Of a stretch of DNA of 64,000 nt, positions 49,101 to 62,467 are shown piece by piece. Positions within the stretch are counted from its first letter, which is position 1. Every line of letters begins with the position of its first letter. The position numbers were made by a program, and so were the translations under genes. The notes beneath the pieces are model-generated. The model was not told the origin of the DNA and did no database searches. It saw only the letters and a list, made by a program, of their open reading frames with translations. The stretch comes from Klebsormidium nitens (lineage: Eukaryota > Plantae > Klebsormidiophyceae), in contig DF236964.1 in the NCBI GenBank assembly GCA_000708835.1, positions 186,001 through 250,000 on the forward strand. Reading direction: 5' to 3'.

Positions 49101-52066
49101 AAAGTGCAATTTGCAGGCAAGCGCGGATCTGGTTAAATCAAGGCCTCTGCTTTGGCAAGCACTTCTCCAACCACGTAACATAAAGCGGTTAGCACTCAGC
49201 GCAGACTCCCTTTTCAAAGAGAGTTTTGTTGAGTCCTTTTTCTGTTCGCAAACCGAACGAAAAGGAGCTCGCTTACCCGGAAACGGATGTAACGACAGGC
49301 TCTTGGCTGGGGGCGAAGATCGCGCAGAAGCTTTCTGTCACCTGCACAGAGGGCCAAAGTACTCGGTCCTTTCGTCGGCGACGTCAATGGAAAAGCCGGC
49401 AGGGTGCCAAGGGTGCTTGGGATGCGATAAGCGACATAACACAAGTTACGTCGCATGGAATTGCGATGTCTTTCTGCATTTGCCGTCACTCAGCTCGTTT
49501 TGCAAGACCAGATGGTCGCCCCACTAATAGGTCTACTTCAACGCTCGTGGGAGCCGAACAACGTCGCACTTGGCATTCTCAAAGATATTTGTGCCTCACC
49601 GTAACGCCCAAGATTTGCGAACTAAACACCATAGACCAAAGCCACTGGAAGGAAGTATGAAGAAGCCTATACAAGAATCCGCATAAGATCGGATTCCAGG
49701 CGTGTAAAAATCTGAAAGCAGTGCGGTTCGACCCACCTGAGCTACGACAGCCGATTCCTTGCAAATCGCTTGCGACCCTCCTTCGGCTTCGTCTTTCCAA
49801 GTCTCGAGGACAGGATTCGAAACTTGCTCTGCGTCGTGGTCCAAAAGCTGCGCAAAAGTGACGGATCAGAACCCCAAATGGTCATTTTCAATCAAAGTCT
49901 CCAATAAGATGCGGACCGTGCCATGTTGTCTGCATAAGCGCCATCATTTTGGAGAAGTGAGCATTACATTACACAATTACTGAAAAGTGCCTTGCTACAC
50001 AGCAGTGCATCATTCTTGGGGGCTCTTCTAAAGCATAGCAGCCAGGCCCTTAAGCCTCGAGCGCCTCAGAACACGCAAGCCGCGAAAGCGGCCAGATGAA
50101 ATCAACGACTGCACATTTCTAGACGGCTAGCAGTCACTGTAACAAAGGGCTTCAGCAAAAGGTTGGAGCTTGGATCGTTCCAAACCCCGACAGGCTTTTC
50201 GGGTTGCAGGAACGGACTCTGCTGGAATGTCTTGTATGCAGACAATGTGGAGCCTCACCTTTGCTTCACGCTCTGCATCGTCCCCCTTCTCCTGCCCAGG
50301 AGCCTTCTCCGGCTCGGCTGACAACGCTCCCTCTGCGGCGCCCCCAGCGGAGTCCTCCGGCGCGCCTCTTGTTCTCTGCCGCCCCGCTCCAAGCTCCTCG
50401 TGTTCGCCACTCCTTCCATTCTTCACATCACAAACTTCGTGGGCCCAATCACTACTCCCTTGCTCCATGGCCGCAGCTCGCTTCTCCTCACCCCCTATCT
50501 TCTCCTCTCTGTCTTCGGTGTTCTTCCTTCCACTGTCCAGAGCCTTTCCCTGTTCTCCAGTCTCCTCCGTAATCCTTGTTCTCAATTCTCCGCCCTGACC
50601 CTCCTTCTCCCGCCCCTCCCAAGCTCGAGGAACTTTTTCTGCGTCGGCAGTCTCCTTCTCACCACCCCTAGTTGTCTGGCCTGCGCCCTTGTTCCCTCTC
50701 CTGTCGCCTCCACTTTCTTCGTTTCTGCCTCTTGTCGCCTGGAGCAGCCCCTCCTTCCCCAAAGGACTCAAAATCGCCTGCCCCCCCTCAGCCAGCTGCA
50801 TCATTGCAAACACCATGTCGGGCGCGATGCCGCTGCTCCTGCGGCCCGAAGACGGGGCAAGTCTGCCTGCTAGCATAGAATCAGCATCTACTGAACCCAG
50901 AAGGCTCCCTGGTGGGACGCTTCCCGCGTTCCCCTGCGGCTCTGCAACGGAAGCCACTGGGTCCTCCGTTGACTCAGCGGGGTTGCTCTGCTTTGCCCCA
51001 GCCACAGGGCTTGACTCTGTTCCGGGGGGGTGCTTTTCAGATGCTGGACACAGGCTCGGTTCACCCCCTTCCAGATCCGCACCCTTGCTACTAGCCCCTA
51101 TGACACTGGGCGTCTGCTGAGGCAAGCTGACCTCTGCTTGACAGTCTTTGCTGCAGCCCGACTCACTGCAAACTTTTCCCACCGCCCCTTCTACGACCAC
51201 ACTGCGTCGCAGCACCCCTCTTTCTGCTGACGCTCCCATCTCACCCTGTTCAAGCTTCCCCTGTTCACTGCATTCTGACAGCTTCTCCGGTGGCTTGATT
51301 GCACCCGCCTCGCATCCCCGCCCTGCCATTCCAACCCAGTGGCGCCTTTCTGGTGCCCGTGATTCGCTGCTCTTCCACACAATTGCCGGAGAGGTTCTCT
51401 CCAGCGGTACTGGGCTGAGTTTGAAGGGCTCGTCATACCTAACAAGCCCCTGCTCTTGCAACCTGATCAAACCGCTTTCCGGCCCCTTCTGCTGCACATT
51501 TCCGCCTGCCTTCTGCATCCGTCTCTCCGCGCTCTCGAGCATCCCCCGCACTGAGCCCTGGCCCTCCCTTCCCGTTTCTCCCCAGTGGAGGCGCGTCTCC
51601 TTAACTGTCCCTGGAGGGGGGTCCAGCGACAGGTTTGGAAGTACCCCCGTGAGGATCTGCCGCAGGCGCCAGAGCTCGCGCCCCTGGACCTTGCACAGCT
51701 GGTCGCGCACCTGTGCGTCCCGCAGTAGCTCTGCATTTAATGCCAGCAGCCGCCTCCGCTCCTCGTCAGACGTGCACAGCTCCCGCTGAAGCGTGTGAAC
51801 GCACTCTTGGAGGGTGTGAACGCGCCCCTCGAGCCAGGCCCCGAGGGACGCCTGCGTTTGCAGCAGGGAGTCCTTGCTCTGGGGGCTCAACTCGGTGACC
51901 GGGGCGCATACTGGGGGAGGGGGATAGGCTCTGCTGCTGCTGGGGGATCTGGTAAGACTAGGGAGTCTGCTCTTTGGAGGAAGGACCTTCTGAGGCTCTG
52001 ATTGAATCGACGGTCCATCCATTGGTGGGGGTTCAACAGCTTTGATGAAAATGGTCGTTGTGTTGG
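43183..52066 (-). CDS. Tesmin/TSO1-like CRC (two CXC) domain protein, LIN54/CPP family; 5' end not resolved
   Basis: Phase-consistent exons 52066-50259, 49847-49737, 49341-49277, 48871-47183, 46380-46243, 44843-44699, 43897-43802, 43281-43183. CXC1 is CKCKKSKCLKL|YCDCFAAGVYCSGCLCVNC, the linker is RKEPNAF, and CXC2 is GCHCRKSQCQKEYCVCFQ|AGVPCTKECTCLECLN. A long low-complexity N-terminal region includes a coiled-coil-like stretch. Confidence 0.88.
44940..45430 (-). repeat. 4 degenerate ~150 bp-spaced copies of the acceptor plus CXC exon start
   Basis: gaggcagccggagcagtagacgcccgcggcaaaacagtcgcagtacctg variants ending near 44998, 45148, 45297 and 45423. Confidence 0.9.
46430..46645 (-). repeat. 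3 short (~85-90 bp spaced) copies of the acceptor plus start of the CRC exon at 46380
   Basis: ggtcgttctctgctagcaacctgc variants at ~46445, ~46530 and ~46618. Confidence 0.75.
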
Positions 52067-54782
52067 CTGCAGAAAAGATTTGCACCTTTCAGCATCCCAA
52101 CCTCCAGATCAGCTTTGAATGAGGGTTTACAATAATTGCAAGGTGCACTTTGTATGCTGATTTGCTGCATCATTTGCATCATTAACGTACCCATACCTTC
52201 AATACCTAGAAGTCCTGACGTCCAAACCTCGTGAACTAAGTTTGGAAGCCTGCGCTCAAGTCTTTTCTTTCCACGGTAGTTGATTGGCAGCTCACATTTT
52301 TCCAACTACGAACCGTACACGGGCTGTGCCCCTCAGAACTGGCTCTTGCACAGCCTATGACGCAGAGCACCATCCCCAGTAAGTTGTTGGGGATTCCAAA
52401 GTTGGAACACTTCTTCTTCTGAGCTCAGGCTTTGTCTCACCTGCAAGCCTATGCTCATATTCGAGGTTGGCACACCATCATGCAGCTTTGAGCATCTGCA
52501 GACACAGTGACACTGCCTCAGTTCTGTGGCCTTGCAGATCCAAGTGCATCCAAGAAGGTTGCTGGATGCTGTTAAAAGCTAATAGGGAAGCAGAGCAGTC
52601 TAATGCTTCTACATACCGGAGTAATGAGCTATGGTACATACAAATTGCCTTGCTATCATTGAAAGTAGACACAAGATGAGCATCTTTGAAACAGAGCAAG
52701 TGGAATCAAAGTCAGCCAAGTATATGAGGGGAGCTGGGGAGTGAACTACTTCCAGCGAAACTCAGCTCAAGCGTCAGAATTTCTTGGACTAAAAACACAC
52801 TGCAGCATCTTTATCATAATGAAGTAGCAGATGCACATTTGGTCAATTGCAAAGCACATGCGGTGGTGACTTGGCATAATCGGTACTCCTACTGGGGAGA
52901 TGATACATATTGTGACACATGAACTCCTCCATAGGGCCTACTTGCCGAAAGCTTTGCTAATTGAGTGATCCTCCGGACTCCTTTAACCAACTTTTCGTGG
53001 TTCAGAGCAATGAAAATCGAAGGAACGCAGAGAGACGCAAAGAGAACAACCTGCAGAGTTTTCGCTTCTTGCTGCATTCCTTGGTCGATGTGCCACGCTC
53101 CAGCTGGCTCAAGAAGTGGTCAAAAGCTCCTATAGGACCACGTTTGCTAGGGGCTAGCGCACAGCCAATACCGGTATAGGGTACCTGTGCAACTCGTGTG
53201 ATCTGGTTGAAGCACCTTAATCCGATCGAAGCACCCCAATCACGTACCTTTCAAATGCCGGCTCAGACACAAGTGCTTAGCACCAGGGCAACCTGAAAAG
53301 CAAAGAAACGGAACCGCTGCCGACTACATACCTGATCTGCTAGTTTTTACACCTCAGTGCAGCATCCCTACCGACCCAATCCGTCTTTGCTAGTACTACA
53401 GTACTCTGCTTTATGGCGTCTGCATTTCAGTGGTTTGTCCATTGTTCTCAATTCTGAATCTCATCACCATCACTGGCATCAGCTGGCTGGTTGATATTTT
53501 ACACGCACCGGTGCCAGGTGGTTCGTATCGCCGACCGGTCTGGCGCAGCTGCTGCGGTAAAATCTCTTTGGTCCGGTGTATTCCAAATTTTGAATTTGAA
53601 TCTGAACCTTCAAACCCCGGAGATTTGAAACTTGAAAGTACCGGTTGAGAATCGAAACAGTAATGCCCCAGGCGCCGGCGAAGCAATTTCGACGACGGGG
53701 TGTCCTCTGGTGTGTCAGCATGACCACGTGGTACCTAACGACCGTGCCAGTCGCCGAGCAGCTAGCACACACGGAAGCGCGGGCGCGCCGGTCGGCCCGG
53801 CCGGCTTGGGGCGGCCGCGCAAAAGGCGACGGTCGATCCGTACCTATTATAGGCGCACTGCCAGCATGAAGGGCTGAGCGTGCTCATGCACTGATGCCAT
53901 GCATGAGCAGTATACCTACGTGCACTACCGTAGTTCTGTGGCTCATATCGGCCGGTATACCGGTATGCAGCTGCGCGACAAGCTCGGACCGGAGTGGCGC
54001 CGATCGGGCCCGAGCTGGGCCCGCCGGCAGCCGCGGCGCTTAAATTATGAAGCGCCACATGTGATGATGCGTACCGAGCCGGCGGCTCGCGATCTTGGAC
54101 GCTTTAAGTTTGAGGCTTTATGCGCTGAGCGGCCATGCACATGACTCTCAGGCATACAATTTCGCCAAATACGGTCGGATGCCATTGACTCAGCATGTGC
54201 TAGTCACTGACTACGTTGTCGTGTCGGTTGAGTCGAATGGTCATGCTGGATCCACACACGGACGCATGCCATCGAGCCGCCGCCACCGCGTGCCACACGT
54301 CGGCCGTGGGAAAATGATCGTGCACGTATACTATGTAATGATGCGTGCAACCGGCGGCAATTACGCAGATTGTACGCGGCGTCTGCACATATGAAGCGCA
54401 GCGTCATGGCTGCAGTGCCGCTGCGCGGCGGCCTGCCGCGCAATTTATTGCACTGTGGCATGCATGTGAGTATTTCACTGGTTCTGTACAGTCAGAGCAA
54501 ACATCGCTAGCTTGCACGAGCTGCTGGCGCCTGCCGCCGTAGCCGACTCTGACGCACGAGGGTCTTTTCAAGGCGCAGACCGCCAGCGCCACATCATTGA
54601 GAGAGCAGGCTTGCTTTCTGAGAAAAATGCTAACTCTGCAAGAGACTTGAAAGCCGACTCTTAGGTTATCGTCATTGACAATAATCTGGTCCACATCCGG
54701 TACCCTCTGCCATGGTGAAGGACGCTTCCTAACAAGGTTCGGAGATACTTTTTGGGTTTACTATATCCAGAGTTGGCAGGTC

Positions 54783-57700
54783 TCATCCTCCCGGCCTCTG
54801 ATCGGTCGTGACAGTTGGTATCGCTTCCGGGCGTCCCGTTGCTGATAAGTAGGGTCCTCTTCGTGCAGCAGCATCCAACTACAAACACGGCATCGAGGTC
54901 AGGTTGAATGCAACAACAAGATCGAGGAACACAGACAGTGTGTTTACATTGATTGGCGCTTACCTGCAAGAGGCAACAGGCTACTATAAACAGCGCAAAA
55001 ACGTCAGAAGAACTCGACGAAGGAGAACCGTTTACAACGTTCGCCATTCTTTTCCTCCAAACTGTAGCAAGTTTTGTCTCATACGGGGACCCTGTTGATT
55101 CAGCAGTTCAGAGAAATTTGCCAAGATGAACATTGTCTAGCTTCTGCACGAGTCTCCAGCCTGCCATCTCCGGTCCAGGTACAACCAACATCCTCTAGCT
55201 GAAACGTGGATGCTTCGAGCACTTGCCAATCCGCGTGGTCTTAGAAGCCTTCTTGATAGTTCGAAGGGTCACAGACGTGCACTTACACAAGGGTCGACAT
55301 GACTTCAGGGAACAGGACCTTTCGAGGAACAGAACTCCGAGGGCCAGCCAGCCGATCGTACCTTGTTTACTGCTTCTGAAGATAGTGAGACCTCTCCGGT
55401 GGACGCGAAGCGCTGTGCTGCTGAGGCTGCCGCGACGCAGGCCGAGTGCCGCCACTCCATAGCTACGCGAGCGATTGTGACAAGCTTTTGATAAGCTCAC
55501 GCGACGCTGGTTTACGGCAATCAGCCTTGCTATACCTATGCCGATCTGAATGAAGCATAGGTTTCCAATGTGCGAGTACAGATCTGATACGGGGCTGACG
55601 ATATACGAGAGGCTATCGAATGCCATCGCCCTGCGAGGTGGCTCAGACTTTAGCAGCCCCCCATATTGGATACGTTGCTAAGAAACTACCTCAGCTCTCC
55701 TTAGGAGGTGATGATCTTCACCATCGCCTCAAGGTCAGAATGCTTTAATTGGCAATGATTTATCAAGGGTGGCGCACTCAACGGCAGACTTAGATGGCTC
55801 TCTCTCTGGCAAGCTAAACGTGCGCTGCTGGGAAATAGCAGGTCCCCTGTGAACGAACACGTGGACCGAACACGTGCGCATTCGAAAACCGCTGATACAG
55901 CACAAATGGTCCCACTCCGTCATTACGAAAATTACGGATGTCCACTCGTATAGACCTACCTTGCTTGCTCCGCTCGCTGGCCGGGTCCGACAGGAAACTG
56001 ACCAGTTGCTCGTGGGCGCACACCTCGGATATGCCCCAGTGACGAGCCACCACGACAGTGATCAACCGATACGTCTGCAAGATTAACCGGGTTACGTTTG
56101 AAAAAACATCGGCGAGACAGCTTAGTACAACGGTGATGAACAGGTAGAATCGTACAAGGAGATCGTTCTCTACAAGAATGATCATGGCGAGCCACAAAGT
56201 AAGACAGCAGATTATCTGCCTTGGGAGAGCCCGGTCGGGGATCGAGTGAAGAACAATGGGTTAAGAACCAAATATCAAAAAGACCTTGATCAAACAGTAC
56301 GTCTCCAATGTGACGCATCTTGCGGACGGCTCATACAGACGAGAGCCTCCGGAATCAAACAGAATACCCTTGCAAAAAGTAGGTGATGACGTTTGAGAAA
56401 CAACCTGGACTCTGCAAGCATCCCGCGGGTAATGCAAGTCAACATGTTCTGCTGCTCCGTCTTGGCAAGCTGATCGGGAGAGGCTGGCTCAAGGTCACGA
56501 GAGCAAAAGCACGATATATTACCAGGCTTTAACATCAATGGTATGAGGCTCCTTCCAACAACCGCGACAAATACTGCCTTTAATCGCTCAGCTAGAAGCG
56601 AGGGTCAAGCACTCACAGCCACCCGGGTCTCGTCGGATTGTTGCAGCAGGTGCCATAGAACCGCCTGCGGAGCAGCAAGGGATAATCTAATCAGGGGCGA
56701 GCAGAGCCGCGTGCCGCTCGAAAACCCACGACGTGCAGAATGAGCAGAGATGAGTGCCAACCCGTACAAGTCTTCGCTTAGCTCCTCGTCAAATCCACAT
56801 AGTGCTGTACAATGAAACGCAGGAGGTTCAGAAAGCATATGCAGCGCAATTAGACGCATAACCAAAAGCAAACCCTTTGACACGACGTGCAATTCGGCAC
56901 AGCTGGGCCCGGCAGCATACCCCGGGCGTATGGTACGAGGTTCCGGCTGCTAGCCCGTACACCAGGTTCTTCAGTGAGTCTTCCCCCGAGGTACTGAGAA
57001 TGGGCGACGGTTCGTGACGCTCCGCACCAGCGATGGAGGCGAGGGCATGAATAGCTGCCTGCAAGGACATGGCCAGCTCAACTTTAAGGTTGCAAGTACG
57101 CCGGTTATAGAGAGCACGCATCAGTCCTTTCGACTATCGCTCAAGCCAGGGCACCGACGTCTGCGACTCGCATCTTGAAGACGACTCTGACATCCTTGCA
57201 AGTCCAGTAGCAAGACGAATAGAGTCAGTATCGCTTTTCAAAGGACAGTCCAGCACTGTTTAACATCTGAAAGTCGACAACAAATTTCGTGACCAGACTC
57301 GCAAGTTCTGAGAAAAGCTTGAACATTACTTTAGCAACGGCTTGATGGAAGCTTTGAATACAATCCCCGACAGCAGAACTTTACACCTTGTTCAGGGGCA
57401 GTCCGGAGTCAACGAGTACAAAAACACGGAGTGTCACCTGAAATGGAGTCGCAGATTTCAATTTTGGTGTCAGCTCAAGATACCACGGCCATATTTAGAA
57501 AGATCAGAAAAGATTAGCACGCTTCTACGTGCCAGCGCCTTAGTAGATCAAGAAGGCGTCGTCACTGGAACCATTCAAAATACAAGTCCACCTCGAGTAG
57601 CTCAACGTGAAGGATAGTCGTGCTGATCCAACACCACGACTTCCACAGTTGCACACATAAAGCATTCCTACTATCCCGTCTAATCTGCGCTCACCAACTG

Positions 57701-60700
57701 TTGGCTGCTCTTCATGCGGGTGAATACAGCACGGGCCACGTGTCGGGCAGCTGGATGCGCCACGTCCGGTTCCCGTAGAAGCAGCTCCGCCCCGCTCGCA
57801 CTAGTTCCCATCTGCCCGAGCGCGTCGATTGCCGAGTCCTCCAGGTCGTCGACCCCTTCCAGGTCTTCGTCGTCCTCTGCCCGCACGATTATATCGTTGA
57901 AGGCGCGTACCAGCGCCGACGCCTCTGCAGAGATTCGATGGGGTCGCTTCAGAAGCTCACACCAGTGTATGACGACTCGGCGCAGATCGACGAGCCCGTT
58001 CAAATCTGACCGTACCTGTCCAGATGATAAGTACAACCGCCTTCTTCGTCAGCGCACTACCATCTCGTCAAAAGCAGGGCGCTGCCTTCAGTACGAGCTC
58101 AATCAGAACAGCTCAGTATCAAGAGTCTCGCTTCGGGCTTCACTGAAATTTCAATGTATTCTCAGCAGAATCAGAAACTGGGCTCTCAAGGTCTTGCTCA
58201 CCATCGGCATGCACAACGAGCGTTGCCGTCTTTATTTTGACTGGATCCTCTTATACCTCTTGTTTCTTAGCACTCTAGTTCCCATTACTATCATACTCCT
58301 GTTTGTGACTACAAGTCCCGCCGAAAAACCCGCATATTAAAAGAAAACTCAGAAGCACGCCTGCTATAAGGCATGTTCAAATTTCACTGATCGAGCCAAT
58401 CAATATAAACCCTCCCTTCGACGTCGAAGAAAACTAAATAAAGGCTGTGATTGCGCGAGCATCGACCCACCTTGCTCGTCAAGCGGCGACGGCCGGCCCC
58501 CCTCCGGCGACACCAGCCTCGCGGCGACCATCATCGCCCGTGACCGCACAAATCCGTCCGTTGTGTCGCCCGCAATCAGCTTCTCCAGCTGACGTGGCAG
58601 CTGGCCCTCGACGACGAAGCTCGCGCCGTGCGGGCTCTTCGCGATCTCCCCCAGAAGCTCCAGGGCGTTGATGCTCGAGAGAACGTCGGTGGACTGGCTC
58701 AGATCGTCGACGAGCGGGCGCAGGAGGCCGGCGGTGCGGACGGCGGCAAGGGCATCCGGGGAGGACGCGGCGATGTCGGCGGCCAGCTGGAACGCGCGCA
58801 TTTGGACCTGGGGCGAGACGGGAAACCTTTTAGTGGGGCCAAATGCTGAGGAAACCGACATTTGGACCCGAGGGAGATGGGGGAAAGTCTAGTGGGGCCA
58901 AGTGCTGAGGAGATCAACTGCAATCACCCCACGAAAAGTGGGGTTCTGCGAAGGTGCATCAGATCCAAGTACGCGACAGAAGAGCCTGAGTTTTCTTGTC
59001 TCCTGTTAAACCGGCATCAATATCCAACCAGATAGGGATTAGCACCGTGTGGAGATCCAGTGTCCACTCGCTTCTGAGCGGAAGAAGAGTTTAGATTGTT
59101 AGCAATAGAACGTACGGCTTCGTCCATCATGATTCCGACTGCATCGCACGGCCACTATGCAAAAATAGTGGCATGCCCTACTTAACGGGCCAGGCTTTCT
59201 TGGCGGCCAGCTGATATGACGGTCTTTCACGGTCTGAAAGGTTTACTCAAGATTCAAGACACATGGTCGGTGTACGTGTTTCGAAGTCAGCTCACCGTTG
59301 ATGAAGCGGTCACTGTCAGGTCCTTCAACCGCCTCTCGCACTTCCGGAAGAAGAAAGCCTGCATTGCAGACAATCCAGCTTTTTAAATATTCCGGTTTCC
59401 CACAAATCTACCGCTTTTGTCAAAAAGCATCAACGAAAGTGCACGTGATCTTTTACTTGAACAATCGAACCAGTCGACCGCCAACGTCATCAACGAGAGT
59501 TCAGAGCAAACCTGAATATATTTCATCGGTAAATGCGGAGCAGACCAACAGAGAACAGACAAAGGGTGACCGACCAATTACATGTAAACTGTTGATGCGT
59601 TTAGAAGCTTACAAGGCCGTCAGAATGGGACGCCAAGCTTTGAAGAGCGGCTGATGCGGTTTTTGCGACCCCCTCATCACTGCACACGGAAGAGCGGATG
59701 ACGATTTCGTCGCATCCAGAGCTGGCAATTTCTTCTAAAAATATCGTTCAAGCTCTCAAGCAACGAACCTCCTTCCTGTCAGAAGGTGCTTTCGTTAAGC
59801 TAGATCACATGGGGGCTTGTGTCCACAAACGCGAAGTCAGTGGTTCAAGAGAATTTTGAAGAACGACTGGAGGAGTACGACTCCCGTTAATATGTCAATG
59901 AATGCAGCAACTCAAGTACGTGACTCCCATGCATGAGAAGAAGAGGACCTACAAATGACTAGAATTGGGATAGTTCGACACTAGAGAAGGAGCTGTTGCA
60001 AGAGTCGAGCTATGGATAGCTTCTTTAAGTCCATAACAAAGAGAAAGCTGACCTGTCGGCAAGAGTCTCCAGGAGAGGCTCTATGAGATGTGCGTCATCA
60101 ATGCTCCTGACCGCTGACACGCTCGCAGCATTGTTGTGGTCCAAGAGGCGCAGAATCTGAAAGCACACAATCTTTTAGTCAGTGCGCGACTGGACTGTGT
60201 GGTGATTCCCCTCACCCTTCAGGCAGGGCGTTTTGGCAGCTCATTCGTACTCGCAGACTGCCTTGTAGGCATAAGAACAAATCTGAAAGTAGGGTACTAG
60301 AATGCACCTCGGTGACTTCTGAATTCAGCTTTACCTCTCAATTGCGTTGCAACGAGTAGAGCATAACCAGGTTCGACAAGAAGTTTGTTGAACAACTTTG
60401 GCTGAACCACCTTTGTCGAACAACTTTGGCTGAACCACTATTGATGCCCTGATTGCCAATCCATGTTTTAAGATCACATGCTCTTCTACACACATCGTCA
60501 AGCGGTCTTTGTGATATGCAGACGTGGACAAGACGAGGTCACCACTGCTTGAGCAGACAAAATCTATTTACACCGGTGAAAAAATCATAGAGCATACCTG
60601 AGTACAAGCCAACTTCCGAATGCGCGGCTGACTGGCCTGCAGGCCTGCTGCAGCTGCCGGCTGTATTGAAGTCAACGACAGGTTTGCAATCAATGTCAAG

Positions 60701-61854
60701 ATAGTATCAGGCCAATTCGTCCTCCGCACCCCTTCCTCAGAAAGGAGGAGTTCACTACGAATTGCCTGATGTGTACATGTTGCTTGCAGTTCTGACTTGG
60801 TCAATTGCAGAGTTTCGGCATGGATTGGCCAATTTTGTGATGCCCTGCTCTTCATACTATGTCAACTTGTCCTTTTTTGGAATGTTGTGCCAAATAGGAA
60901 GCCTTTTCTACGCAACCTTCTCACTGCGCCTCTCCTTCATGTCTGAAAGAACGTTGGCAGCACACAACAAGGAGGCAGAGTGTCAAGAGCTACTAGAACC
61001 AGTGTTAGTGGACAGGACAGCTTTACGGAAGATTTTACTTTCAAGGGAACTCACCACCACCAGTGGGAGAAGCGACCGGCCATATGGGGACAAGAAGACC
61101 TTGTCCAGAGCATTGCAGATGGTTTCCACAGATTGAGGGTCGTCTGCCTCCTGCTGAAGCAGTCTGCAAACCCGCTTTGCAAAGAGCATTCAGCAGGACC
61201 ACCTTGATGTCCAGGGGGGTGCATGTAATGCTAAGAATCTCCAAAAATGCATGTGCAATCTTCTATCATAACTTCAACCAAACCTCATTACAATCAAAGT
61301 CACTGACATTCCTCGACAAACAGGAAGCTGGTGGATCAAATGACATCTTTTGAATTGACGTGAGTGGACATTGGCTATCCAACAACAATCCACCGAACAT
61401 TGGATCGACTAGACTAGCTCAAGGTTTTGTTTTCTTGAAGCTTGAAACATGCTTGCTTGTCCAGTGTATCACCTGAACACCATGGGAAGGGGATACTCCG
61501 CCAAAAAGCTCCTGATCACATCGTCGGAAGGCACTCCTGCACCAGTTTATACATTGTCTGTAAGACTACACAAGACTTAGGGAAGATTATCCAGGAGCAA
61601 GGAACAAGTTTCTTATAAAAGAAGGCAAAAGCTGTACTGATGGGGGAGTGGTGTACTCACAGAAGAATGCTGTCAGGCCTTTGCAGAATTTCAATGGTGG
61701 CACAACCAATTCTGCAGTTGCATTAGAAACGTGGAGAATCAGACAAGCACTAGTCAATGCACTCACCGAGAACAAGAGAAAGATCATGTGCAGCATTCAG
61801 GAACTTTGCAGTGTCCATGTCTCCTTCGCCGTCAACGTCCATTGCTTGCGCCAT
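54783..61854 (-). CDS. PSMD5: 26S proteasome non-ATPase regulatory subunit 5 (S5b/Hsm3-like HEAT-repeat assembly chaperone), ~14 exons
   Basis: Exons 61854-61767 (MAQAMDVD..FLNAAHD), 61536-61473 (FLAEYPLPMVF), ~61163-61055 (LDKVFLSPYGRSLLP), ~60660-60600 (GLQA..RKLAC), ~60150-60055, ~59700-59630 (DEGVAKTASAALQSLA), ~59380-59295, from 58807 (DVLSSINALELL..RAMMVAARL), ~58020-57700 (AIDALGQMGTS), ~57065-56930 (AAIHALASIAG), small exons ~56600-55340 (LLQQSDE, YRLITVVVARHWG, MEWRH), and last exon 54878-54783 (RRGPYL). This follows the recalled plant PSMD5 ARM-repeat ortholog. Confidence 0.82.
58801..58920 (-). repeat. 60 bp tandem duplication spanning a PSMD5 acceptor
   Basis: tttggacctggggcgagacgggaaaccttttagtggggccaaatgctgagga followed by tttggacccgagggagatgggggaaagtctagtggggccaagtgctgagga. 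Confidence 0.75.
60375..60440. repeat. 30 bp intronic tandem duplication
   Basis: gaacaactttggctgaaccac occurs twice. Confidence 0.8.
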
Positions 61855-62467
61855 GCTAGATGATTGAAAGGGGAAAAAGCAACGATTAGGAGCTTCGATT
61901 GCGCAAGCTTCAAATTGATATCTTCAAATTCCCTTTCGCCACCATTCAAGTCTTCTGGAAGTTCCTACATAGGACAAAAGTCAGCCAGCATTTTTCTCAG
62001 GAGCTCAGCTCCTGAAAAGTGGGTCAAAGTTTCAACCTGAGACCACAAGAGGAATGTTGTCCGTGAAATTCTTGAGTTCCCAAAAGGCACGTTTAGGTCT
62101 CGAGCGCAAAGCGAAGTACTCGCCCTAAAAAGCTCTTTAAGCTTTCGATGCCCAGATGGATACAAGCAGGAGAAAGTGAAGAACTTTCAAGATGCTGGTG
62201 ACAGTGAAGAAAGGTTGCCTGATCGACGAGGTCGTCGAGGAAGACGGCAGCTAGGGAAGACTTGGAACTTGGAAGGCTAGAACGCCATTGAGCATTCTGT
62301 TCCAGCTAGTCCTGCAGCCCATTCGTTGAAGGAGAGAGTCAGCTAGTTGACGGCAGACGGAGTTGGTCGTTGATAGGAAATAAAGAGGTCAGACTCTATC
62401 AGCAGGGATTATGTTCGAAAAGGATGAGTAGCTCCCCCCCTCATTGGTATTCTGACTGGTCGCCAAA

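Noticed and set aside
47497-51789. Multiple plus-strand ORFs of 120-210 aa
   Set aside because: Antisense or off-frame shadows of the GC-rich large exons of the CRC gene.
53700-54560. Palindrome-rich region (ccggtataccgg; gctcatgca..tgcatgagc) suggestive of a MITE or structured RNA
   Set aside because: Only short local hairpins. No paired termini with TSD and no tRNA/snRNA hallmarks could be found.
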